A stretch of 64,000 nucleotides of DNA from Takakia lepidozioides. Lineage: Eukaryota > Plantae > Bryophyta. The position numbers were made by a program, and so were the translations under genes. Below, in pieces: positions 36,316 through 49,599 of the stretch (position 1 is its first letter; every line of letters begins with the position of its first letter). The notes under the pieces are model-generated. The model ran no database searches. It saw only the letters and a program-made list of their open reading frames with translations, and was not told the DNA's origin. The stretch lies in assembly GCA_030704615.1 (NCBI GenBank), contig CM060732.1:42160001-42224000 (forward strand), read 5' to 3'.

Positions 36316-37641
36316 CACATAGCCAAGCCTGTGACCCCTGACCCTGCACCCATGCACAAACTGGTTTCCACACATAGCTGTTAGAGACTGATTACATACA
36401 TTTGGATAGGTGAACGTTAAGGGGAATGATAAGTATAGCCATTTGCCACAGCCACAGAATTGATCTAGCTACAGAATGTCTCTCCAAAGCTGGCATATCC
36501 TTAGATTGTTTGGTAGTCCAATTCCAGGTATGTTACATACGATAATGAGGAGATGTTCAGAAGGGAGTTGCAAAGAGATTAGAAAGGATTGGGTGGAGCA
36601 CTTGAGATTGATTTAGAATAGACCGGATATCTTTGATTGGAGGATTCTGTGAGAGTTTGTGACCACCCCTATACAAGAATAACCTAAGGAAGCTGCGAAA
36701 CATCAATAAATCAAACATTTACAGCCTGTTTGTGCATTCTCTCATCAGTCCTTGTACTTTATTGTTGTTGATTATGGACTTTCCCTGCAGCATTGTTCAT
36801 AGAGTTCTCAAAAGAGAGCTCTTCACTGAAATTCAGACTTCACCACTTCGACTTTGTGTCTTTTTGTTTCATCATTCTGATTTGTTGTTAGACAGTATTA
36901 CTTACGCTTCTTGCCATGAGCTTTCTTTGTCTGTATAGGGGCATCTCAATCTCATTCTTTCCTTCTGCACTAAGTCTGGGGTTAACTTGGGACTCAAAAG
37001 GTATGCCTTGTGCAAGTGATCCCCAAAATGCAGAGCAAGTTTGCTTTTCAGCCAACACCCTAATTGCATGAAAGTGATTTAAAGACTGGCATTTGACATG
37101 ACTGGAAGTACAGTGCTCCTGCCTGGCCCTATTGTTCCTTTTCTGTGTGCGGTTACCGGTAGTAGGCTAGGGGGTTCGGGGTTTAGGGTTTGGGGGACGA
37201 AAGGGGTCTCATCAGCATCTCGTGGAGGGTGCTATCTTCGGCCCTGCGGATCTCTCCTGCTTGTGTGAGCTCTGGTCTTCCTCTCGTGTTTGTAAGTTAC
37301 GATTAGTGTCTTGTTTTTCTGTCCCTCTCCTTATGCTTAATCTGTCTCTTTTCCCCGTTTTCTTTCGGGTATGGTTTCTGGAGGCGGCAGTGGTTGTCGA
37401 TGTGCTCATTAGACCTTGCTTTCGTTTGGGATGTAGAGGGAGAGAGCATACGGAGGTATTGTGGTTCTTGACGTGGTCTGGGTATACAGGGACCGTGTTA
37501 TGAACGATATTGTGACGGGGAGTTCAGAGGCATGGTCAGTGTGCTTTGTACCGAGTAGGGAGACGATTGCAGAAGTGGAATGTGTGCGTGGACTTACACG
37601 TAGAAAGTGGAGGAGCCGACATTTTTATATAGGATGCCCGA

Positions 37642-40600
37642 ATGTCTCCATCACCATGGCCAGATAATGATGAGACGGTCCGCCCGAAACTGCCTGGCAC
37701 GTCAGAGGACTTTCGTGTCCGCCGTCCTGAAGAGTTGAGGGGCGAGTTCTTTGCAGGAGTCACGAATTCTCGTAACTTTCTGACTGGATTGAAAACACAT
37801 CCGGCAGGGCCTCTAGAGCTTGACATTGCCTCGTTGCTGGGCCGTCCATCAGTGAGCCAGCTACCACTGGCGAGTATATCTGCGAGGGCGGCGGATGCCC
37901 AGGGCGGTATGAAGTATGGACTCAAACATCGAAAGATGGAAGCTGCACTCTCGCACAAATATGCTGAAGAGAGTGAGCGCACAGAGATTCTTTCCTTAGA
38001 ACGCTGCTGGATTGAAGCGGCTGACAATGTGCGGCGGGAATATACATTCACTGGTCCACAATCAGTCAGTCCTCTCCAGGTAGGCCGTTCTATAAACTTT
38101 TGATGAGGGATTGGGCTCTTAAGAATCTATCTTTAGGTGCCGCTCCCATCGAAGCGCACTTATTTTGATGGAAAACTCAGTACTCGCAGTCACGAAAGTA
38201 GATTCGTCCTTTTCCTTCCAGGAGGTATCCTGCTGATTTGAATTCCATATCTAATGTAGGATTTCTTTACATCTATGGCTAATTTGCCTGTTACTGAAAC
38301 AACTCAATTACTCTCAGAGCTGGGATAGAATGGGGGTGCATGAGAATATTCTGCTGGACTGTCAGCAGTATTCTTTTAATGACTTTAAACCCTACTGAAC
38401 CCTGGACCTAATGTGGTTTAGCATTTTTCCATGTGATGTTGTGTAAGTGATGTCAAGAGTTTATTGGATTATGATGTTGTCTGATAAATTTTGAAACTAC
38501 GCCCAGCACATGGAAGGAGTCAGGCGCTCATTTTTTTTGGTCTTCTTTGAATGTTTATGCTCATCCACAGAAAATAACTAGTTAATCACAGTCTTACATG
38601 TTTGTAAATATCAATTTGTACAGCTGAGTCATGGCCGTCCATAAGTGTCACAGGCTTCAGAAGGCTGTGTGTTAGCCTTGCAAAAATGGTGGTTTGATTC
38701 TGAAGAAAGACAGTTCATGGTGGCACTGACATCATAGAATGAAGTTGATCTCAGCAGTGCAAATTTAGTAGACACAGTTGTGATACAGCTGTGGTTGCAC
38801 TATGAGTCACAAAGAGCTGTAACTGAGTGCTTGCTGTAACTGAGAGAGAAATAAACAGTCAAACTTTATATTGTCCATTGAACACCTTAAGAGCTGTGGG
38901 ACAAGAATGCATAACAAACTAGCATAGCTCTAGATACCTGGCCAGAGAGAGAAAAAGAAGATGTGCATGAGAAGCTCAGAGAGTCTGAGACAGAAAGTCA
39001 GAGAAGAAGGAATGGAATGAAGAAACTTTGTAATGTCCACAGGGTGCCGGAAGGGCCGAGAAGACATAGAAACCACACTCCAAGTGGCACCAAACGGTAC
39101 CCAAAGATGCAGGCAAAGGAAACCTTTAATGTTTAACTTCTGCACTGTGCAGGCAAGGTTGCTGAAGGATACAAGACTGCCTGTGCAAAAGGTAGTGGAC
39201 AGCTTTTTGAGTCGGTTTTTCCCCCTTGGATACCCCCATAGGTATGATTCGTGTTACTTGGTTTGCTCCCCTAAAAGACTTTTTAGACTCTGGGTGATCC
39301 TGCTGGGTCTTGATTTTCTGTGTGGTTGGCCAAAGTGGAACTAGTTTTGCATGAAGTTGAGGTAGAGCTGTTTGGCTGGGTGGCAGTGTGGCGGAGGGAT
39401 ATTTGGCATACAGTCAGCATCGTGCTGTGCAGCATTTTGCCAGTGCTGCTCTCTCAGTTCTTTCTACTCAGGTCTCTGCAACCTCTTAGGTAGTCATCAA
39501 AAGATCTCTTGGTGTTTCCCTGACAGTCTATCACTCTATGCAATTTTCACTTGGAATACCACTCTCATACAGGCGATTATACTATCATTCAGTCGGGAGG
39601 TTGGAAACCCATCAAGGCAATCCATTAGGGGGCCTTGTGTTTGCCATGGCGCACATGCACTCCCTTACGCCGTCTGCACAAGCATGTTTTCTTGTCTATC
39701 CCCTTCCATGGGCCTTTTTGGTCTGGCAGACCATTGCTCTAACCACTTGTACCTTTCACACATCAATGTGTAAGATAGATTGATTGAGGATTTCTCTCTG
39801 GGTGCTGGGGTACAGTCTTTGCTATTTGCTGCAGGGTTAAGGCCAACACCTGCACAGGCGACCATTGTGAGCTGGGTTAGTCTGATTTGCTTTTTCTTCT
39901 CCTGATGATCACATGGTAGATAGGGAAATCTGGTATTCCAGCCAGTTCATTAGGGGGCATTGTTCCATGGTAATCATGCTAGTATCTTTTGGGATATTTT
40001 GGGTCAATGTAGGCGAGTTTGGTTGAAGACTGCTCAATTTTCACCACGAGTGAACATGCTTATTGTATCCTCAGGAGGCCGAAAGGGCCTAATGGCCAGA
40101 ATAGTACCACAAAACACATACAGTAGGAATGACAAGAAGGAAAAGAGAAAAAGGAGAAATTGATTTTTCTGCGGGAGGCCCAGTAAGAGCTTCTGTAGCC
40201 TTGTGGCAGTACACCCCCAGGTCAAGTGGAGCTAGATTTGAGAGGAGAGGGAACAAGGGCTCCCCCATTCTGCAGAGGATAAGGTGTCAGGATTGACTAT
40301 CCATGCACAGGTGCTAAAGGATGGGATGCAACACATAGGAAAGCTGGTGTGCAGCAGCATGGGGGCTCGCATGGATTCTGAGCCGAAGCGATGGCGTATT
40401 TTTGGTAAAAGCCAATACACCTACATATTTTGAGGAGTATGTCTAGAAAAGGAAAACTGTTCTCTCTCGTTGAATAATGCCCCCATGGTAAGAGATCTAC
40501 CCTGAAGGAGACTGTGGGGACGTATTTGGTTGCCCCACAGCAATTGTGGACTGACAGTTATTTGGCTAGGATTTGGTTAGAAGTGTGGCACTTTCCAAGC

Positions 40601-41950
40601 AACAAATTAGGCTAACAGGGCCTTGGGTGGTTTTCAATTGCTTGTGGGTGGGTATGGGAAACAGCGGATGTTATGTATGACATAGGTGCAGGATTAGAGG
40701 TTTTGTCGCCGATGTGCCCTCAGCACTTTCTACCTGTCGCTGGCATGGCCAACCTTGCGAAGGTACTCTAGGTGTCTATCTGTCCTTCTCTTCCTTCAGG
40801 CTTACTCTGGTTTGCTTGCCTTTTCTTTACCCTAAAGGTGATTGTTGACAAGTGGAACTCTTTCAGGGGATGGCACTGGTTTCGGCAAGGGCAACGAGGT
40901 TGCCAGTATATTCATCTTTTGTCAAAGAAGGCAACCTGAGTGATTTATATGCTAAGGGAGAAGCAATCTCAACACTATCTAATGTACTGGGGCTCGGTGT
41001 GGGAATTCATCTGGCTTCTAACTTTGGTGCTTCCATCCAAGGAAAGGTATGTAGCTCTCTGCCTCTCTTATTATTGTTCCTGTTGGCAGTGTTCAAAAGA
41101 ACCAACTCTAACTCCTCGAGGTCCTCATGAAACCTTTTCCAAACTTCTTTGCTCAGAGGCGATTTACTGTGGTGATGTGGCAGTTGTTATTGGCACCTCT
41201 GCTTTCAGCCATCCATTTGTATAGTGTGACACAGGAGATGCGGGCAGCCCCTATCAATACACTCAATGCACAACGCACTGCCATGCTGGTGGCTGACTTT
41301 ATGAAGGTCTCCTCCCTCTCTCTCTTCTGGAGGTTCTCCATTTTTATGTAGCTCTGGCGCTTCGAGTTTGTCTCAGGTTTTACAATAACTGAAGTGATTC
41401 CATCCCATAAAGTCTGTATTACGCATGTATTTATTTGCGTGAGAGGAGGGGAGTATTGACAGATGACAATTGTGGTTGCATGGTGCATGGGGAGGATCTG
41501 CAGACTGGCTCTGTTTCGCGGCCTGCCGAACTCCGGTCCAGAGAACGTCTGATATTGCCGGTCGGACTGCACGAGGATGCTGGAAACGTACAAGTCGGCG
41601 TCCCTCTGTGTAGAGCCATTGGTACACCTACAAAACTTGCTAAGGTAAAACAGAGGTTCCAAAATGAACGGTTTTTGTTGAGCTTTGGGGAGAAGTCAAC
41701 AGACCTGGTGTTACACCAATTAGCAACAGGGGAGGATGCTGTCCGTGGTTGGTTGTTGGCTGCCCACGTTGCGAGACTAAGCAAGGATACAGAGCACTTG
41801 AGTGGCTGTGAGGGAGCCTGCGGAGCGGTCTTAGAGCAAGCATACAAGGAGACAGAGATACACCTGCCAGCTCTTCTTTTGGGACTGAGAGAGCATGGTT
41901 GGCACACCCATTTATTCCTGGAAGGTTCTGGGGTGCGAGCAGTATGGTGA
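37642..41950 (+). CDS. RUS2: ROOT UVB SENSITIVE 2-like (DUF647) protein
   Basis: Spliced translation FLSRFFPLGYPHSVAEGYLAYSQHRAVQHFASAALSVLSTQ-SLLFAAGLRPTPAQATIVSW-VLKDGMQHIGKLVCSSMGARMDSEPKRWRIF-ADVMYDIGAGLEVLSP...ARATRLPVYSSFVKEGNLSDLYAKGEAISTL...PINTLNAQRTA matches RUS2/WXR1 as I recall it. About 9 exons; start codon uncertain (37642 or ~37909). Confidence 0.88.
39500..39760 (+). mobile_element. Non-LTR RT fragment (CRE/RLE-type motif) in a RUS2 intron
   Basis: IILSFS...HQGNPLGGLVFAMAH resembles the QGDPLG..LFAL RT motif; frameshifted and short. Confidence 0.45.
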
Positions 41951-42379
41951 TTCACTAGGGTAGATTCAAAGCCACTGCGGGTGCAGCATGATGAAGTTTT
42001 GGTGAGAATTCTCTTGCCCCACCTGGCCCTCCCCCTGCTGCCTCCATCCTTCTCTGTAGTTTATGCATGCAACTAGGTGAATTTTTCAGTCAACAAATAG
42101 ATTAATTTATCATTTAGTGGTAGATCTGGGAATCAGTCATCCCAGCAATTTACAAAGGATAGCTTTAGTGGTAAATTGTATGTAGTGCTCACCTTGCTTT
42201 GCTTTGTGACTCCTTGCTTGCTTGCTCGCAAGTGCATGGCTTGCAGCACCCTTCTCCTGTGTTTGAAGGGGAATCTCATGTCTTCTCCCTGGGGTGAGTC
42301 GAGAAGAAGGCCCACATCATGCAACAAACTAAAGGGGCAGGCTGTGGAGCTGAAATGAGTAGGCAGCTTGCTATCAGTA

Positions 42380-43570
42380 GGATGTCAAAGGTGTTGTTTA
42401 ATGATTCCTGGAGATTGGTCTATCAAGGTGTTGTGAAGCTATGGCTGCTCAGCTGCCCACTGTTGGTTTGAGAGATGTCCAATATCACCAGAGTACACAC
42501 CTGAGTGCAAAAATCAGGTCCTTTGAGTTGATGCTGGCTTGAAACTTTGTACATGAACACACTGCTAGGTGGCATAGTATAAGGTGGAGCAAAATCTGAC
42601 AATGGTGCTAATGTCATGTGCACCATCGGTTTTGTTTCAATGATCATTCAAGGATGTCCATGAAGTGTTTGACATATGCGCAGAATCTGATGATGACAGG
42701 ATATGCTCAGTATGGCTGTGGGGAGGAAGGCTTTCGAGATGGATACGACAAATGGTACAGGAAGGAGTGAAGCCCAACAAGGTGATGGGAAATTGCAGAG
42801 AGGTCCATGCTGACATGAATTCTGCCAGATATCATTCTGCAGAATTCCTATGTATGCTAAATGTGGAGCAATGTCTGTCAGTGTTCTACAATCTCCATGA
42901 GATATGGTGTCTTGGAGTGTGATGTTGCCCATATATGGCCTCTGGGTATGTAAGGAGGCCATTCAACTGTTTGTGCAAATGCAACACAAATTTTAGTGGC
43001 TCATTCATGTCTCTTCTTCTCTGCCTGTAGTCATGTGGGCCCACTGGATGAAGGCCATCACTGCTTCCATTTCATGAATCTACATCATGGGCTGACTCCT
43101 ATCTTGGAGTCAGGCCATGATGTCCGTGTGGGTGGATCCTTATTGGTTGTGCAGGGTGAGTAGATGGTGCAGAGGGTTTTATCAATAAAATGTCAGCAAA
43201 GCATGCTGGGGTGTGGGGGTGTTGCTTGCTGTCTGCAGAATTCATAGCGACTGAAGCTAGAATGCCTTCTCAGTTGGATCTATGGCATGCTCCCACTTAG
43301 TTGCTGCTGTTAAATATCTATGCTGCCCTTGGAAGGTTGGACAGTCAAGCAATAGAGTCAGAAAGGAGCCAGGGTGCAGCTGGAGAACCGGTGCTTACTT
43401 TTGTTGTAGAAGCTGAATTGCAATATCCACACATTAATGACATCCATGCTGATCTGAAAGAAGGCTGGATTAGTGATGTCATGCACTTTGATGCCTATCC
43501 TCGGCCTCGCTAATTATTGTTTGTGTGGTCACTGGCACACACTGCCACCAAGTTAATGGAAGTATGTGCG
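42380..43570 (+). pseudogene. Highly decayed PDF-PPR-E(-DYW) pseudogene
   Basis: Fragments QMVQEGVKPNKV, EVHADM, YAKCGA, DMVSWSVM, SACSHVG.LDEG, CRIH, LLLNIYAALGR. Upstream sequence TATGGCTGCTCAGCT is shared with the PDF intron at ~2917-2932. Confidence 0.72.
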
Positions 43571-43639
43571 ATGCCAATGGATTCCATCACATAAGATTGA
43601 ATTGTCCTCGTGGGGATCTGGTGAAACAAGCAAACATTC

Positions 43640-43870
43640 ATGAGAAATGAAATGGTACATCATGAAGTCTGCAGAAAGCTCAAAGAGCTTATGGGGCAAA
43701 AGGGTAAAACAAGAACGAAGTATGAGGCAAACTAGTTAAAGAGAGCCAAAGCAACCACTGTCCAAGGGATGCCTAAGAGTTGAGGCCTCAATGATGCAGG
43801 CAACGAAAATCTTCAACTGAATAAAGAGAAGGAAGCTCTTACTTGTGCGGCTTCGGCAGCCTCTCCCTCC
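43640..43870 (-). mobile_element. Retroposon 3' fragment ending in (CATTT)n
   Basis: Same terminal motif as the copy at ~29845-29910. Confidence 0.4.
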
Positions 43871-43959
43871 CTTGGGTTTCAGTGGATCCATGCTTTCTGC
43901 TACGTATCTAACAATTCTGTAAATTCCACACTCACGTTTGTTTGTGATCTCAATGCCTA

Positions 43960-44270
43960 GGAGCCCTGGAAAACGGCAAAGAGGTGCAGCACCATGAAAG
44001 CTGGAATTGCGTCCTATATGAGTTTGGAGAATAGCGCGAAGACGGCGCGTCAAGTGTTCGACAGTATGGCTAAACGAGAGTTCGTTAATAGCACGATATG
44101 CTCAGCATGGGGAGGCTACGGAAGCTTTCAAGATGTATGAGAAAATGCAACAGGATGGGGTGACGCCCGACAGGGTCACATTCACTTGTATTCTCAATGC
44201 ATGCGCCTGAGAGCTCTGGAAAAAGGGAAACAGGTCCATGATGACATCCGGAAATATAGAATTACAGTAG
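43960..44270 (+). pseudogene. PPR gene fragment
   Basis: ARQVFDSMAKR, YAQHGEATEAFKMYEKMQQDGVTPDRVTFTCILNACA, LEKGKQVHDDI with deletions. Confidence 0.78.
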
Positions 44271-45829
44271 AGAACAGGTCAAGTCTGTTTTGCACAATGA
44301 TTTAGGTTGGTCGCTTTGGTTTCACCAGGTTTGCATTCTTCAGCCTCTACTGTCCAGGTTATCAATGCATTAGGCGTTTCTTGTGTCAGGTTGCTGACCC
44401 TGTTTGAGTGACTATTTCGGCCGCACTTGCTTTCCTGACCACACTGAACCACACTGAAGGAGAGAGGGAGTGAGAGAGACTTTACATCTGACACAGATAT
44501 CTTTGGACTGGAAATCAGTCTGGCTTGGCATAAGTGTTGGCAATGCAAAATTGGATTTGCATAGGAAGCATAGAAGATTGGCAAATCATCTTCAAAAGTT
44601 TCTTGGAAGTAACCACATTGGAAAGAACCCATTTTGCCATTGTACAATGTCCAAGAACAAATGCGACTGCAGTAGCTATTATGGGAAAATGTATTTGAGG
44701 TTTGCTCCCCTCATTAGAGTGAGTGCATAGTTCTACGAAATGGCTGCCTTTCCATCACTTATCCCAAAGACAAAAATTCCCCCTTCTCAATTCTCAATCA
44801 CATTCCCTGTCGGCATTCCCCCCTACTACAAAACAGTGTAGGGATGGCAGACGAACGCCAGCTGAACATCGATTACAGGGACTTGAATCAGGTTCCTAAT
44901 CAGGTGAAGCATACCGTGTAGTATGCCGTGTACTCAGTGCGACCGTAGGCAGGAGGCTGAACCACTATCGGTCAGAAGTTTCACTCCTCCCAGCTCATGA
45001 GCAATCACTAATAGCCACCATAGCATTCATCAATACTGAATAATACTGCACCTTTCCCGACATCATTCCGACCAGCTATTTGGTTTTCAGCCTAGAGCAA
45101 CCAGCAGCCCATGTCCCTCTCATCTATCCTTCAAGACTGGATGCCCTTGGCAGGGCCTGCAGTCAAATCCCCACCCGCTAAGGCTAGCCCTTGTGCCTAT
45201 ATTATTCCCCTCTGGGGCGTTGTGTATGTATAATTCTAGTGACTACTAAAGGTCGGATACTAGGAATAGGATGCCATAGTGACACACCATGGTCACCATG
45301 TCATCATCGCCACATTTTTGGCCAGAAAAAACAAAGAAAACAAAAATCTATTTTGAAAATCTATTTTACAAATCTGCTCTAAGATCGCTTGTTTTCTACT
45401 GATCCATACCAACAATCATACAACAGTGACTGTGGGGAAAGAAAACTCAGTCCATGACAACTCTTGATTCATTCAAATGAAATGGCTGACATACAAGATA
45501 AAAAAAACTTTGAATGTTTCAGCTAGCTACACTTCTGTGCAGACTAGGCAATCTTGCAGCCTCGAAGGGTCTGATACAGAATCCATCCTACTCCTACTGG
45601 AAATCATGGATAACCATGACCACTTGCCCATGCCATAGTTTCTAACTGAGGAGAATGGTACTATGGATATTTAGTAACGCAATAAACCTCATTACCATAA
45701 CCAGTACTTGCACATGTTGCAACTCGTGGAGGAGGCACAACGGGATATCCTGGAACGCCACCACTGGGATATCCTGGAAAGTCACCACTGGGATATCCTG
45801 GACTGCCGCCACCGGGAAACAAACCGAGA

Positions 45830-46918
45830 TCACCTCCGAAAGTGTCCAATACTTCCTCCTATGCCACTGGGATATCTTGGAAAGCCACCACTGGGAAATC
45901 CTGGACCGCCGGCGCCGGGGAACAAACCGGGATAACCTCCAAAATGTCCAAAACTTCCAAACGGAGGAGGATGGCCTAGGAATGGATGTTTAGCGTCGAA
46001 GTACTTCAGATTACCATACCCACTTGCCCATGCCATAGCTTCTAGAGGAGGCACACCGGGAAATCCTGGAAAGCCAGCAGTGGGATATCCTGGAAAGCCA
46101 CCAATGGGAAATCCTGGAAAGCCACCACTGGGAAATCCTGGACTGCCGCCGCCGGGAAACAAACCGGGATCACCTCCGAAATGTCCAATACTTCCTCCTC
46201 CGCCACTGGGATGTCCTGGAAAGCCACCACTGGGATATCCTGGAAAGCCACCACTGGGATATCCTGGAAAGCCACCAATGGGATGTCCTGGAAAGCCAAT
46301 ACTAGGATATCCTGGAAAGCCACCACTGGGAAATCCTGGACTACCGCCGCCGGGAAACAAATTGGGATCACCTCCGAAATGTCCAATACTTCCTCCTCCG
46401 CCACTGGGATGTCCTCCTGGAAAGCCACCGCTGGGATATCCTGGAAAGCCACCACTGGGATATCCTGGAAGGCCACCACTGGGATATAATGGAAAGCCAC
46501 CACTAGGATATCCTGGAAGGCCACCACTGGGAAATCCTGGACCGAGGCCGCCGATAGTGGGATAATCTCCGACATGTCCAAAACTTCCATGACTTTTTTC
46601 ACTACTATTGAGGTTATTGCCAATACCTCCATCAGGAATTCCTTCATCGCTTGGATTTCTACTCTGAGAACCGTCACCATCGGGCCCTAGAGGACTTCCT
46701 AGGGCTCCAAGATCATGACCAGCAGAAGGCCCAAAACTACTCAAAGGACTAGGATCACTAGGTTTGTTGTTGAGGTCCAAATCACTTAGCACTACACCCT
46801 CTGAATCATGCTTGTTCCCAAGACCTTCACTTGCAGCTTGCACACTCCCTACTAACAAAATCAGAAACAAGAGGGAAGGCACCATACGAATTCGTTGCAC
46901 AGTCTTCATTGCAAGCAA
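45830..46918 (-). CDS. Secreted Gly/Pro-rich repeat protein (GGFPGYPS repeats); frameshifted near the C-terminus
   Basis: Signal peptide ([14 protein letters not shown]), 24-nt tandem units, TATA-like CTATATAAAA ~100 nt upstream (~47017-47026). First ATG is at 46909. Repeats continue in another frame to 45661. Confidence 0.75.
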   Translation of the reverse strand: MLAMKTVQRIRMVPSLLFLILLVGSVQAASEGLGNKHDSEGVVLSDLDLNNKPSDPSPLSSFGPSAGHDLGALGSPLGPDGDGSQSRNPSDEGIPDGGIGNNLNSSEKSHGSFGHVGDYPTIGGLGPGFPSGGLPGYPSGGFPLYPSGGLPGYPSGGFPGYPSGGFPGGHPSGGGGSIGHFGGDPNLFPGGGSPGFPSGGFPGYPSIGFPGHPIGGFPGYPSGGFPGYPSGGFPGHPSGGGGSIGHFGGDPGLFPGGGSPGFPSGGFPGFPIGGFPGYPTAGFPGFPGVPPLEAMAWASGYGNLKYFDAKHPFLGHPPPFGSFGHFGGYPGLFPGAGGPGFPSGGFPRYPSGIGGSIGHFRR

Positions 46919-47199
46919 TTAATCCTTTAGATGGACCTAAACCTCTTCCTCCCTTCCCAAATCTATAGCAAGCTCACGCAGACGCACACACAATGGTAAG
47001 CCGCTCCAAAGACTCAGTTTATATAGTGACTGAAGGCCAAGGCCTTAAACAGCATACTGATAAACATAGCTGCTGTTGTGCACTATAGTAGTGTCCACAG
47101 ATTTTTCTTTTCTTAAAAAAAAGAAAAGAAAAGTGTCTTCAGAGTTTTCTTTTCTTTTCTTTTCTCCAAATTTAGATATGATGCAGTTCCAGTTTTGAT

Positions 47200-49070
47200 G
47201 ATGTCGCCATGGACCTCTCTGCCCTCTTCCAGGGCTCCTAGGTTGGAACATGCATTGAGAACACAAATGAAGTGACCTTGTTGGGCTTCACCCCCTCCTG
47301 TTGCATCTGCTCGTAGAATTGGACAGGCTCCCTACCAAGCCCATGTTGGGCATATCCTGCTATCATCACACTCCATGAGACCACATTTTGCTTAGCCATA
47401 CTCTCAAATACTTGTTGCGCATCCCTCATGCTCCCGCATTTGGCGTACATGTCAACAAGGGCAGTCTCCAAAGTTATATATGGTGCAATTCCAGCTTTAA
47501 TAATGTCACCATGGACGACTTTCCCCATTTCCAGGGCTCCTAGGCTGGCACAAGCATTGATAACACAAACGAATGTGACTCTGTCGGGCTTCACACCTTG
47601 TTGTTGCATTTGTTCATAGATATTGAAAGCGCCTCCCTGCCACAACCGTGTTGAGCATATTCTGTTATCATGGCATTCCATGATACCACATCTGGTTTGG
47701 CCATATTGTCAAATACGTGATGTGCATCCCTCATGCTTCCACATTTGGCATACATGTCAACAAGGACATAGGACACAATTCCAGCTTTGATTATGTCAGA
47801 ATGGATGTCTTTACCCTTTTGCAGGGCTCCTAGGCTAGCACACACACTGAGAACACAAATGAACGTGACTCTGTCAGGCATGACCCCCTCTCGTTGCACT
47901 TGCTCCTACATTTCAAAAGCCTCCTCAGTATGCCCATGCTTGGCATATCCTGACATCATTATTGTCCATGAACACAGATCTCGTTGAGACATTTTGTCAA
48001 ATACTCGGCGTGCAGCCACAACACTCCCACATTTGGCATACATTTTGACAACGGTGCTGAGTAGAAAGATGCTTGGCTCAAATCCACTTTGAACAATGTG
48101 GGCATGCACCTGCGTTCCCTCTGCAAGGCCTTTCATTCTGATGCACTCCTGCAAGAGAGACAGATAAGTATTGGAGTCTGCCCTAATGCCTTGATTGTTC
48201 AAAATGTGCAGCGCCTCTTTCAGTCATCCTGTCTTACATAGTTCCCTCACAACCCCACAAGCACAAGAGGAGTCCTCGATACGTCCCTCTTGTCGTTCTT
48301 TTTCAATAGAAGTGATGATAGTGAAGGTGCTATCCCTTCCACTAAATTTCTGTCCAACAACCAACTGTGCTTGATTCACCCCTGCCTTCCTGCATGACCC
48401 GTGATTCTAAGTTACAAGCCTATATCCTCAAACCTGTAGACTCAAACTCAAATGATGTATCTGAAAGCTCCTAGGGACTTAGAAGGATGAGGGCAGGCTG
48501 CTTACAACACATTAGCAAAGTTGCAAAGACTACTAAAGTCATCTAGATTGCCTATGACCTGGCCAATTCTGTTTTTTGAGGTTAGAATGCATAATCAGCA
48601 TCAAAACAAAACCTGTTGTATTCTTGGCCTGGAGCTCCATGGTGTAATCATCACCTCGTTGTGCTTGACGTGCAGCTAGCTCTGATTTCACCCAAGGAGG
48701 GTTCGACCAATTCTCAATCCAAAGGACCTCCTTTGTGTGGTTATGTCGGCAATCTGGAGTTCTCTGTGCAAACCACGATGTTGCAGCTGAACAACCATAT
48801 AGCATCAATGAAAGCCTTGCAAAGACCAGGGTACAACCACCAAAGAATAACAACCTACTGATACCAACAGTTGGTTGCATTTCGAAAACAAAGAGGGATG
48901 TTAAGCGGAGAGACATTCCACACAACATCAGCATGCCAAATTTACAAGCCCTCCTTGCCAAACTCTTCCATGTCCTAGATGAAGATAGCCTTACCTTGTC
49001 TGACCACTGCAAAGGATCTGAGAAAAACCCATGCCAAAGCTGTTCTATGCTCATTGCTAGGCCTGCATGC
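47200..49070 (-). pseudogene. PDF-PPR (PLS) pseudogene, 3'-truncated
   Basis: EQLWHGFFSDPLQWSDK / intron / RTPDCRHNHTKEVLWIENWSNPPWVKSEL, then PLS repeats at 47200-48250 with stops (47906) and frameshifts. Confidence 0.85.
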
Positions 49071-49599
49071 CAGAACTTGATAAAAAATGCTAACTTTGCC
49101 AGATTCTGATTGGGGCAGTCTCTCTTGTGCGAGTGTAGCTTCAGAGACCATTTCAGCAAGTCTCTTTCTATTCCTCATACCCACAGCAAACATGAAACAA
49201 GGGTAACTACCAAGCTAGATTGATTGCCACTCATATTGACATTCCTCTAATGGAGCTCCATGTTCACACCAGAATGATAGCCATACAATGACATCCATCC
49301 ATGATGACATTTTGCTGAAAATGGAGTCAAGGTAGCTAGCTCTGCAAGCAGCATTTAACTGACTTCCAATTCAAAGCACCTTTTTCGTATACTGTCTGGT
49401 AATCTTGAGTTTTTCATGAAAAGCACCACACTGCAAATGGGCAGCAATAGTTTAACTACCACCTTGTATAGACCTGGCTATAACCACAGAAACTCTACAA
49501 GCGAGAGTCTTTTGACAAGAGTCTGCCACAAAACAACTTCAAGATACTGTGGATTCACAAAAATCATCTGACAAAAAACCCAGACACAGATCATCAATT

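Noticed and set aside
46042-46680. Alternative-frame and antisense repeat ORFs ([24 protein letters not shown])
   Set aside because: By-products of a stop-free 24-nt repeat; only the GGFPGYPS frame has a signal peptide and upstream TATA.
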